Source: Candidatus Altimarinota bacterium
GTDB taxonomy: Bacteria; Patescibacteriota; Gracilibacteria; UBA1369
Length of the DNA stretch: 32,000 nt
Reading direction: 5' to 3'
Assembly: GCA_041659405.1 (NCBI GenBank)
Contig: JBAZYK010000014.1
Location: 1-32,000 of the forward strand
Shown here piece by piece: positions 24,056-32,000 of the stretch (its first letter is position 1; each line of letters begins with the position of its first letter). The notes beneath the pieces are model-generated. The model was not told where the DNA came from. It was given only the letters and a program-made list of their open reading frames with translations, and did no database searches. Position numbers and translations under genes: made by a program.

Positions 24056-25227
24056 ATATCGTCATTGATATCAGGCCACTGATGGGAGGGAAAATCAGTG
24101 GAATAGAAATCTACATTAAAAATCTTATCGAGAATTTAGTCAGTATAGATCAGACAAACACCTATATTCTTTTTGCCAATGCTTCGAGTAATCAAATGCC
24201 GTTTTTGCCGAAAATTAAAAGCAAAAACCTGACAATAATTCAGACCAGAATCCCCAATAAAATCCTAAATTTTCTGCTTATTGCCGTTCAATGGCCAAAG
24301 CTGGATCAATTGATTTTAAGGCACCTTGATAGAAATCCACACCTAAGGCCGGAATCGCTAAAAAAAGACCAAATAGACCTGTTCTTTATGCCGGATTTAA
24401 GGCCAAGCGCTTTATCTAAGGAGGTAAGGAAAATCTTAACAATCCACGATTTATCTTTTTTGCATTTTCCGAAGTTTTTTTCATTAAAAACACGGCTTTG
24501 GTACAAATTAATAAATCCCCAAAAAGAAATAAAAAGCGCAGATAAAATAATTGCCGTGTCGGAATTTACTAAAAAAGATATCCTGCAAAACATTGATTAT
24601 AAAGGCCAAATTAAAGTAATACACCAGGGGATTGCGGAAAATTTTTGCCAAAATATAAAAACTGAAACCACCAAGCAGGTACTCCGAAAATATCATCTTC
24701 AAGAGCCATACCTGCTTTTCTTATCAACAATAGAGCCAAGAAAAAACGTTAACAGGCTGGCAGAGGCTTTCAACCTATACAAAAAAAGGCATTCACAAAG
24801 TAAAATCAAGCTCGTCATAGCCGGCAAAGAAGATAAGAAAATTTTCTCTAAAGTAAAACTGGAAGAAAATAAAGACATCATCTTTGCGGGTTTTATTGAA
24901 GAAAATCAAAAAGAATCCCTGGTTAAGGGAGCAACCGCCTTCATTTACCCATCGCTTTTTGAAGGCTTTGGGTTGCCATTATTAGAAGCCATGAAATGCG
25001 GAGTTCCGGTTATCACCTCCAATACAAGCTCAATGCCGGAAGTTATCGGTGACGCCGGAATTTTAATTAACCCCAAAGATATAGAATCAATCTCCAAAGC
25101 AATCGAAGAAATTCAAAAACCGGAAATTCAGGAAAAACTCAAAAATAAAATGAAGGAGCAAATCAAAAAATTCAGCTGGGGAAATTGCGCAAAAGAAACA
25201 TTGGATTATTTTGATTTCTCCAAGTAA
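24052..25227 (+). CDS. Glycosyltransferase, GT4 / group 1 family
   Basis: Contains STIEPRKNVNRLAEAF and PSLFEGFGLPLLEAMKCGVPVITSNTSSMPEV. The start overlaps the upstream stop by 4 nt (ATGA). Confidence 0.85.
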   Translation: MNIVIDIRPLMGGKISGIEIYIKNLIENLVSIDQTNTYILFANASSNQMPFLPKIKSKNLTIIQTRIPNKILNFLLIAVQWPKLDQLILRHLDRNPHLRPESLKKDQIDLFFMPDLRPSALSKEVRKILTIHDLSFLHFPKFFSLKTRLWYKLINPQKEIKSADKIIAVSEFTKKDILQNIDYKGQIKVIHQGIAENFCQNIKTETTKQVLRKYHLQEPYLLFLSTIEPRKNVNRLAEAFNLYKKRHSQSKIKLVIAGKEDKKIFSKVKLEENKDIIFAGFIEENQKESLVKGATAFIYPSLFEGFGLPLLEAMKCGVPVITSNTSSMPEVIGDAGILINPKDIESISKAIEEIQKPEIQEKLKNKMKEQIKKFSWGNCAKETLDYFDFSK

Positions 25228-26381
25228 TCTTTAACGAAAATAGCAATAATTGTAGCCAGTGGAATAGAGATGACAAGACCCAGAATCCCCAAATACTGCG
25301 CACCAACCAGCATTGCGAAAATAATGATAATAGGGCTTAAACCAATAGCCTTGTTCATTATAAAAGGCGCAAGGACATTTACCTCTATTTGCTGAAGAAT
25401 AAAATAATAGATTGAAACCCAAAGTGCCAAGACAGGGGATTGATTCAAAACAATCGGCATAGCCAAAGCCCAGGCAAAAACACGTCCAACAACCGGAATA
25501 ACCATCAAGACACCGGCAATAACCGAAAGTGTTAGCGCGTACTGGACATTAAGTATTAAAAGACCAATATAGCTTAAAACCGTACCTGCGACACAAAGCA
25601 AGAGTTGACCTCTTACCCAAAAACCGATTTTCTCTTTAACAGCTTCTAGACGGGTTGAAATATAAACTCCATAACGGGACGGGAAAAGTGAAAGATAAAA
25701 TTTCTCCATCGATTTTTCTTCCACAGTCATGAAAAAAGTTAAAATCAAAACCAAAAGCACATTGATCAAACCAAAAGAAATATTCAAAAGCTGAGAACCA
25801 ATCACCTGCAAAGCAGTTTGAATTTGACTTGCGGCTGCCTGTAAATCAACAGTTTGATAAAGCTGAAGAATATAAGGCCTCAACTGTTCCGAAAAAGGAA
25901 AATTAACATTGCCGGAGCCCAAATCCTGAACAAATTTCCCTACGGTATGGGCCATATCAACAACTTGTGTAGCAATTAAAGGAACAAGATGAGAAATCAA
26001 AATTCCAAAAACTACGAATACTAAAAGATAAATCAAAAATACACCAATACTCCTGGGGATTTTTTTATGTTGCAAATAACTGACCATTGGATGCAAAGCC
26101 GCGGAAAAAACAAAAGCCAGGAAAAATAAAATTAAAATCCCATTTATCTGATACAGAAAATAAAAAAAGACCATCAACAGCAAAACGACAGCTGTGCTTT
26201 TTGCCATGCTTGCAGGTGAAATTTCCACAATTACTTTTTCTTCAGTTTTTTGTGTTTTATGTGAACTTCTTTCATTAATAAACTCAGAGCCGGAAGCCTT
26301 TAAGTCACTCATTTTTTTTTGCAGCTGTGAAATTTGTTTTCTTGTATTATCGAAGATTTTTTTAAAAATATTGTTTTGCAT
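25206..26381 (-). CDS. AI-2E family transporter (PerM/UPF0118-like permease)
   Basis: There are about 8 TM segments with the typical long cytoplasmic N-terminus. The size and the ...VIPVVGRVFAWALAMP... region are characteristic of this family. The 3' end overlaps the convergent GT4 gene by 22 nt. Confidence 0.75.
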   Translation of the reverse strand: MQNNIFKKIFDNTRKQISQLQKKMSDLKASGSEFINERSSHKTQKTEEKVIVEISPASMAKSTAVVLLLMVFFYFLYQINGILILFFLAFVFSAALHPMVSYLQHKKIPRSIGVFLIYLLVFVVFGILISHLVPLIATQVVDMAHTVGKFVQDLGSGNVNFPFSEQLRPYILQLYQTVDLQAAASQIQTALQVIGSQLLNISFGLINVLLVLILTFFMTVEEKSMEKFYLSLFPSRYGVYISTRLEAVKEKIGFWVRGQLLLCVAGTVLSYIGLLILNVQYALTLSVIAGVLMVIPVVGRVFAWALAMPIVLNQSPVLALWVSIYYFILQQIEVNVLAPFIMNKAIGLSPIIIIFAMLVGAQYLGILGLVISIPLATIIAIFVKDYLEKSK

Positions 26382-26383
26382 AA

Positions 26384-27262
26384 TTAGCCTGTGATAGCTT
26401 TAAGAATAATATTAACAATTGACCAAGCAAGTAACGCCAACCCCATGCCCATAAGTGCGGAGCTGATAGTTTTTTTACCCTTTTCTTTATCTTCACCAAG
26501 GCCACCAACCACGTACCTGTAACCTCCAATCACAATGAATAAAACGGAAATTAAACCAACCAGGCCTAAAGCAAAATCAATGATGTAGGTTATAAAATAT
26601 GGAACCAATGCCAAATTCATTCTCCCGGTTTTGATAGCACAACCTAAAAGATTTTTTCTAGCATCAATAATTTGATCTGAATTAAGTTTTTCATCCACAC
26701 TTCCTCCAACAGCATCAAATTCATCTCGCATTTGTTTAAGATCCTGCTCTGCAGAATTCAAATTTTCCTGTAATTTATCAGTTGATACCTTCAAATTTGC
26801 AACTTTACTCCGGGCATCATTATATGTTTTTTCATAATCATTACACTTAAAAGGTCCACCCACACCCGCTCCATCCAGACATGTTTTCCTTGCTTCCGCT
26901 GCTTGTGTAACAGCATCATTCGCCTTCTCCTGCTCCCCTAATGCAGTATTTAACTCATTTTGAGCCTTTTCATTTGCCTGTTTAGCATCATCCAAGGTTT
27001 TAGAAGCATTATTGTAATCAACTGCATTTTTTGCTTGGTCAGCATCAGGAACTATGCCATTTGATAAAAAATCATTAATTGTACTTTGACACTCCTCAAT
27101 GGTCTTACTCGTACTCGGCAAAAGCGTGAATTGCGCATAAGCTGGCGCAACCATCAACATTGAAAGTAAACAGGAAACGGAAAGGTAACGAAAAAGTTTC
27201 ACAATATGAGGGAAAAAATCATCCAAATCATACAGAGAAAATTCAGAAATCTCAAATTTCAT
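26384..27262 (-). CDS. Secreted coiled-coil protein ending in a VirB2/TrbC-like (type IV secretion pilin-type) two-helix membrane module
   Basis: Signal-like LSVSCLLSMLMVAPAYAQF is followed by about 170 aa of heptad-rich, Cys-containing sequence. The C-terminus LGLVGLISVLFIVIGGYRYVVGGLGEDKEKGKKTISSALMGMGLALLAWSIVNIIL matches the TM-loop-TM pattern of the pilin-like family common in CPR genomes. ATG at 27262 is preferred over GTG at 27301. Confidence 0.5.
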   Translation of the reverse strand: MKFEISEFSLYDLDDFFPHIVKLFRYLSVSCLLSMLMVAPAYAQFTLLPSTSKTIEECQSTINDFLSNGIVPDADQAKNAVDYNNASKTLDDAKQANEKAQNELNTALGEQEKANDAVTQAAEARKTCLDGAGVGGPFKCNDYEKTYNDARSKVANLKVSTDKLQENLNSAEQDLKQMRDEFDAVGGSVDEKLNSDQIIDARKNLLGCAIKTGRMNLALVPYFITYIIDFALGLVGLISVLFIVIGGYRYVVGGLGEDKEKGKKTISSALMGMGLALLAWSIVNIILKAITG

Positions 27263-27929
27263 TTTTAAATAAATAACTTCCAATTCTGATTTCGGTTGCA
27301 CCTTCTTCTAAAGCCACACGATAATCATGACTCATGCCCATCGACAAAGTATCTATCTCGGCAAACTTTTCACTATAAAGTTTAAAAACAGAACTCATTT
27401 TTTTGAAATAAATTCTGGCATTTTCCGGATCATCAAAAAAGGGAACAATCGCCATAAAACCTTTGCACAAAATAAATGGTAATTTTTGAACTTCATCCAT
27501 CAAAGCTGAAATTTCACCTTCAGCTATACCGTGTTTATTAGGATCTGAAGCGATGTTTACCTCTACCAAAATAGGCATTTTCTTATTCAATTTTTGGCAT
27601 TCCAAATTAATCTTCTCTGCAAGCTTCAAAGAATCCACAGATTCAATACAATCAAACAACCTGACCGCATTTTTAACTTTATTCGCTTGAAGATGACCAA
27701 TAAAATGTCTTTTTACCGGCAATAATGATGGAAATTTCTTCTCGGCATCCTGAATTTTATTTTCACCAATTAAACCGATTCCGGCTGTAATCGCCTGATT
27801 GGCAGCTTCAACATTAGCGCTCTTGGTAGCCGCTAAAATCGTAATTTCAGCAGCACCCCTCCCCACTTTTTTACAAATATTATTGATGTCCTGCTGCAAA
27901 AATTTCAGTTTATCCGGATAAAATGGCAT
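27252..27929 (-). CDS. YggS-family pyridoxal-5'-phosphate homeostasis protein
   Basis: Contains ILAATKS (PLP lysine), LIGENKIQDAEKK, HFIGHLQANKVK and LSMGMSHDYRVALEEGATEIRIGSYLF. Confidence 0.9.
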   Translation of the reverse strand: MPFYPDKLKFLQQDINNICKKVGRGAAEITILAATKSANVEAANQAITAGIGLIGENKIQDAEKKFPSLLPVKRHFIGHLQANKVKNAVRLFDCIESVDSLKLAEKINLECQKLNKKMPILVEVNIASDPNKHGIAEGEISALMDEVQKLPFILCKGFMAIVPFFDDPENARIYFKKMSSVFKLYSEKFAEIDTLSMGMSHDYRVALEEGATEIRIGSYLFKNEI

Positions 27930-27990
27930 TTTAAATTGTAAGTTTGATAAAACACCTGTACTATAAGCCAGAATTTAGCCAAATCCAAGC

Positions 27991-29361
27991 ATGAAAGAAG
28001 AACGAGATCACAATATACCAATCGTCGCCATTATTGGGCGACCTAATGTTGGAAAATCCAGCTTATTTAATCGTTTGATCCAAAGAAGAGTAGCCATCAC
28101 CTCGGAAGTGGCTGGAACAACCCGCGATCGCATCTATCATCATTCGGAAATTGGTGAAATTCCTGCCATTTTAGTAGATACCGGCGGTATGGAATATGGC
28201 AAAAAAGAAAACATTGAAGCCGATGTCCAAAGTCAGGCCAGACTCGCCATGAATGAAGCTGACTTTATTTTATTCGTGGTTGATGCCAGTGAAGTTCTAA
28301 CTTCAAATGATTACGAAGCTGCTCAAACTCTGCGAAAAAGCCATAAGCCGATTATGATGATTGCGAACAAATGCGATCATCCAAGCGTTACAGAAAGAAT
28401 GGAAGATTTTAAAAAGTTGGGTTTTGGTGAGCCAATTTACATTTCGACTATCCATAAAATCGGTTTTGATGAGTTATTTGAACAATTGGAGAAGAGACTC
28501 AAAAAAGAAGGCTGGAAAAAGCAGAAAATAATGGAACGGAAAGCGGAAGATGTTACCAATATTTGCTTCCTTGGACGCCCAAATGTTGGCAAATCGTCTT
28601 TGGTTAATGCGCTACTTGGTGAAGATAAATTGATTGTTTCACCAACTGCGGGAACAACCCGTGATGCAATTGATATTGGAATTACCTGGGAAAATAAAAA
28701 ATTCAATTTGATTGATACTGCCGGAATTCGTCGCAGAGGCAAAATCGAAAAAGGACTCGAAAAACTGAGCATGCTTAGATCATTGGAAGCGGTTGAAAGA
28801 ACGGATATTGCGTGCCTTATTCTTGATTATGAAGCCGGAATAGCAAAACAGGATCAACACATTACCGAATTCATTACGGAAGCGGGAAAGGGCCTTATTC
28901 TGATAGTGAACAAAAGCGATCTTATGAAGAATCGCGAAGAAAACGAGACAAAAACTCTTTGGAGATTGAAAAATAAGTTTGATTTTTTGCCATGGGCGCC
29001 GGTAATTTTTGTTTCCGCTCTTAAGAAGCGCAACATCGAAAAAATATTGGAGGTTTCACAACAAATTCAAAAAGAAAGATCCAAGATGGTTGATACCGAT
29101 GAACTGGAAGGCTTCATGAAAGCGACTATTTTCAAGCATTTGCCACCTAAAACCGGGCCAATTAAAGCCAAAATCTATTCATTGGATCAAACAGGTGTTA
29201 ATCCACCAACGTTTGTTTTCAAGGTGAATGACTCAAAAGCGCTACATTTTTCCTATCGCCGTTATTTGGAAAATGAATTGCGCAAAAAATACAGCTTCAC
29301 CGGAACATCAATTAAAATTATCTACGCCGGCCAGGAAGAAAGACGCAGAGAAAAGAAATAA
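27991..29361 (+). CDS. der: Ribosome-associated GTPase Der (EngA)
   Basis: Two tandem GTPase domains are present: GRPNVGKSSLFN/DTGG/NKCD and GRPNVGKSSLVN/DTAG/NKSD. A KH-like C-terminal domain follows. Confidence 0.95.
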   Translation: MKEERDHNIPIVAIIGRPNVGKSSLFNRLIQRRVAITSEVAGTTRDRIYHHSEIGEIPAILVDTGGMEYGKKENIEADVQSQARLAMNEADFILFVVDASEVLTSNDYEAAQTLRKSHKPIMMIANKCDHPSVTERMEDFKKLGFGEPIYISTIHKIGFDELFEQLEKRLKKEGWKKQKIMERKAEDVTNICFLGRPNVGKSSLVNALLGEDKLIVSPTAGTTRDAIDIGITWENKKFNLIDTAGIRRRGKIEKGLEKLSMLRSLEAVERTDIACLILDYEAGIAKQDQHITEFITEAGKGLILIVNKSDLMKNREENETKTLWRLKNKFDFLPWAPVIFVSALKKRNIEKILEVSQQIQKERSKMVDTDELEGFMKATIFKHLPPKTGPIKAKIYSLDQTGVNPPTFVFKVNDSKALHFSYRRYLENELRKKYSFTGTSIKIIYAGQEERRREKK

Positions 29362-29374
29362 AAACTATTCCTGT

Positions 29375-30319
29375 TTAAGGAAGAGGTTTTGATCTGAATG
29401 TCACCTCATTAAAGCGTTCCTTAAACGATTCCGTAATTTCCTTTCTACGATCAATATTGTGGAATTTTAGCATTGAAGAATTAACGACAATCGAGGCTTC
29501 ATCGCCCAAAGCGTTTTTATTTTTCTGAAAACGTTTTTGGTAAAAGTTCTTGAGCTTAAGCTCGACCAGATCACCAAATTTGCCGCCAAAAACGAATTCA
29601 CCAAACTTTCCAAATACTGAAAACCAAGGATCCTTTCTTAGCATTTGAAGATCAGGTTCAGGTTCACGATCAAAAAACGCAGTAAGCCAGTTATTATTTT
29701 TCAAAAAATCCAGATAACACTGTTTACCTAAAAAAGCCTTCAATGAAGCCATCCAAAATGGCAAATAAATATCGTCATCAAGCTGGATTGAATGAATATC
29801 AAGAACATCATCGGCCAAATAAAAGCTTAAACAAAACCTGCCGGCAATTTTATTGCCATGCCTTCTAACTCCCAAAATTGAAAACAACAAAGTAACAAAA
29901 GTGCGGGTTAGGAAAATTCTACCTTTTTTCGTGATTATAAAAAGGTCAATATCACTATCCAAAGTAGGAGCGTCAAAAGCCAAAGTATTGCAGATCGCGA
30001 CTAATCGCACAAAGGGGATTAATCTAATAATTGGCAGGAAGAAGCCAACTTTATGCCACAATTTCCTGGCAATTATCTGTTTCTCAAGAAAATTTTCAAA
30101 AATATTTTTTCGGTCGGCAAAAAAATAAAGACCTTCCTTCAATAAAATCTGATGATCATTTTGCAAAAAGTTTTCCAATTCCTTTTTATTGATATTTCCA
30201 AAACGATAAAGATAGATTTCGTCTAAGGTCAGAGGTCTATCAAACAAGTCAAAAAAAACCAGAGTTGCGTAAACACGCTCTTTTAGATTTTTAAATTCAC
30301 TAATTCGAAGCATAAACAT
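29375..30319 (-). CDS. Hypothetical protein with a possible Pol-beta-type nucleotidyltransferase motif
   Basis: The only recognisable element is LVAICNTLAFDAPTLDSDIDLFIIT, which resembles the (G/N)(S/T)-x9-12-DxD minimal nucleotidyltransferase signature. The rest is unassigned. Confidence 0.3.
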   Translation of the reverse strand: MFMLRISEFKNLKERVYATLVFFDLFDRPLTLDEIYLYRFGNINKKELENFLQNDHQILLKEGLYFFADRKNIFENFLEKQIIARKLWHKVGFFLPIIRLIPFVRLVAICNTLAFDAPTLDSDIDLFIITKKGRIFLTRTFVTLLFSILGVRRHGNKIAGRFCLSFYLADDVLDIHSIQLDDDIYLPFWMASLKAFLGKQCYLDFLKNNNWLTAFFDREPEPDLQMLRKDPWFSVFGKFGEFVFGGKFGDLVELKLKNFYQKRFQKNKNALGDEASIVVNSSMLKFHNIDRRKEITESFKERFNEVTFRSKPLP

Positions 30320-30372
30320 TTAACAATAATCCAAAAAGAGCTTATACTCGAGCCGAAAATAATCAAGCAAAA

Positions 30373-32000
30373 ATGGAAAAAACACCGGATTTACAAACAT
30401 ATTTGGATCATATCCTGAAAAATATACCGCATGAACCCGGGGTATATAAAATGAAGGACAAAGATGGAAATATCATCTACGTTGGCAAAGCCAAAAATTT
30501 AAAAAATCGCGTTTCCAGTTATTTTCAAAATCGCAACGATAAGGCCATGCGAACGCAAAAAATGGTCGAACATATTGCCGATATCGAATATATCGTTGTT
30601 AAAACGGAACTTGAAGCTCTTTTGCTGGAAACAAACTGGATTAAAGAAATAAGGCCAAAATACAACATCCTGATGAAGGACGATAAAAGTTACGTTTACA
30701 TCAAAATAACAACTCAGGACCTTTATCCGCGAATTTATTTGGTAAGAAAAGTTGATCGGGACAGGGCACGTTACTTTGGCCCAAAAACTGCCGGACATAA
30801 AGTCATCAAAACACTAAAAGTATTAAAAAAAGTTTTTCCTTTTAGGAATTGCGAACTGGCAATCGACTATACGATTCACACTGGAAGCACAGTTAAAAAA
30901 ACTTTATCAGAGAGCCAACTGCAATATCACATTAGTCATTGCATTGGGCCATGCGTAGCCTCGGTTAAGCCCGAAAATTACAGAAAAATGATCGATGAGG
31001 TTATCAACTTTCTGGAAGGAAAACATGAAGGAATTATCGAAAAAATCAAAGAAGATATGTACAAAGCGGCAAGTGAAAAAAAGTTCGAAGTTGCTGCGTC
31101 AATTCGTGACCGTCTTAAAGCTGTTGAAGAGATTATTGAGCCACAACGCATTAGTGATCCACACCAAAAAGACCTGGACATCATCAATTATGTTGAGCAG
31201 GATGACAAAATCTATTTCAATCTTTTTCAGCTAAGAAATGGCAAACTAATCGGCCAGGAAAATTTTATTTTTAAAGCCCAGACAGAAAGGGAACAGGAAG
31301 ATCCTGAAGCACTCAATGCGTTTTTGGAACAGTACTATGAAAAAGCCACCGATTTACCAAAGGAAATCCTGATTCCTCATCACGTTGATGAACCTGAAAT
31401 GATCGAACAATGGTTATCACAGGTGAAAGGACAAAAGGTAAGTTTAATTATTCCTGAACGCGGGAAAAAGAACCAGTTATTGGAACTTTCCCTGGCGAAT
31501 GCCCAAAGTTACGCTAAACAAAGCCAAATTAAATGGCAAGGAGCGGAAAAGGAAACTCGAACAAAGGCACTTGAAGGTTTACAAAAAATCTTAGGACTAA
31601 CCAAAATCCCCAGACGCCTTGAGTGTTATGACATTTCACATTTTTCAGGAACCGAAACCGTTGCGTCCATGGTCGTATTTGAAAATGGATTCCCTAAAAA
31701 AGATGATTACCGAAAATTCAAACTCCATCAACAAACGGCCGGCGCGCCCGATGATTTTGCCTCAATGGAAGAAGCTTTAACCAGAAGAATCAAATATCTT
31801 AAACCTTCCATTAATCTTGAAAATCTCAAAATTAAAAAAGCCAAGAAAAAAGAATTGGAAGAAATAAAGAAAGAATTAAAAGCCGAAAATCTTCCTGTAG
31901 GCGACTTTTTAGCAATAGAAAAAGAAAAGAAGAGGATTGGATACGCACATGTGAACGTTTTCCCAAGTAAGAAAACTCTTATTGAAGACATCCACATCAT
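30373..32000 (+). CDS. uvrC: Excinuclease ABC subunit C (partial; continues past the window end)
   Basis: This ORF is not in the ORF track because it has no stop within the window. The GIY-YIG block is PGVYKMKDKDGNIIYVGKAKNLKNRVSSYF. The UVR motif is KKFEVAASIRDRLKAVEE. The endonuclease-region block is RLECYDISHFSGTETVASMVVFENGFPKKDDYRKFKL...PDDFASMEEALTRR. Confidence 0.92.
   Translation, partial: MEKTPDLQTYLDHILKNIPHEPGVYKMKDKDGNIIYVGKAKNLKNRVSSYFQNRNDKAMRTQKMVEHIADIEYIVVKTELEALLLETNWIKEIRPKYNILMKDDKSYVYIKITTQDLYPRIYLVRKVDRDRARYFGPKTAGHKVIKTLKVLKKVFPFRNCELAIDYTIHTGSTVKKTLSESQLQYHISHCIGPCVASVKPENYRKMIDEVINFLEGKHEGIIEKIKEDMYKAASEKKFEVAASIRDRLKAVEEIIEPQRISDPHQKDLDIINYVEQDDKIYFNLFQLRNGKLIGQENFIFKAQTEREQEDPEALNAFLEQYYEKATDLPKEILIPHHVDEPEMIEQWLSQVKGQKVSLIIPERGKKNQLLELSLANAQSYAKQSQIKWQGAEKETRTKALEGLQKILGLTKIPRRLECYDISHFSGTETVASMVVFENGFPKKDDYRKFKLHQQTAGAPDDFASMEEALTRRIKYLKPSINLENLKIKKAKKKELEEIKKELKAENLPVGDFLAIEKEKKRIGYAHVNVFPSKKTLIEDIHI

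Noticed and set aside
30499-32000. Minus-strand ORFs 30499-30798, 30978-31187 and 31728-32000, and plus-strand ORF 30995-31234
   Set aside because: All lie inside, antisense to or out of frame with the open-ended uvrC reading frame (30373 onward). That frame carries unambiguous GIY-YIG, UVR and endonuclease motifs.
1-32000. Alternative genetic code (UGA recoding, as in some CPR lineages)
   Set aside because: Conserved genes end at sensible positions with TGA, TAA or TAG under the standard code; for example, the yggS-like gene ends in TGA at the conserved length. No in-frame TGA interrupts any conserved gene.

Overview
AT-rich, tightly packed bacterial window with about 36 protein genes and one tRNA. 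There are no rRNA genes and no CRISPR array. The standard genetic code reads cleanly. The gene content suggests a reduced-genome bacterium of the Patescibacteria/CPR type. This taxonomic call is an inference from a short EF-Ts, a VirB2/TrbC-like pilin-type protein, many tiny or overlapping intergenic gaps, and housekeeping genes interleaved with surface-protein genes. The window has two parts. (1) Positions 1-4709 are an accessory islet abutting the 3' end of an initiator tRNA-fMet. It holds the tail of an rve-type transposase inserted into a Mod-like DNA methyltransferase, a controller-(C)-protein-like HTH gene with C-box-like palindromes but no endonuclease, a hicB-hicA toxin-antitoxin pair, a decayed GC-richer methyltransferase-like pseudogene, and an AAA+/DUF4143 ATPase. 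(2) Positions 4753-32000 are core genome: ftsB-like, murC, cysS, yggT, queA, ribD, ribB/ribA, tsf, rpsB, yggS-like, der and uvrC. Several less ordinary features sit within the core part. A partner-switching signalling set (PP2C phosphatase, two STAS proteins, one RsbW-like kinase) is split over two loci with no sigma factor nearby; one locus lies next to a transporter-HEAT fusion and the other next to a PrsW protease plus a glycosyltransferase/Wzz-like cluster. ribBA is split by a frameshift in an A8 run. A membrane-protein gene is inserted between rpsB and tsf. There is also a large Ig/FN3 surface protein, a pilin-like protein with a long coiled-coil ectodomain, and a UvrC carrying a GNAT-like insertion at the window edge. 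All calls come from reading the translations and sequence by eye. No database searches were run.
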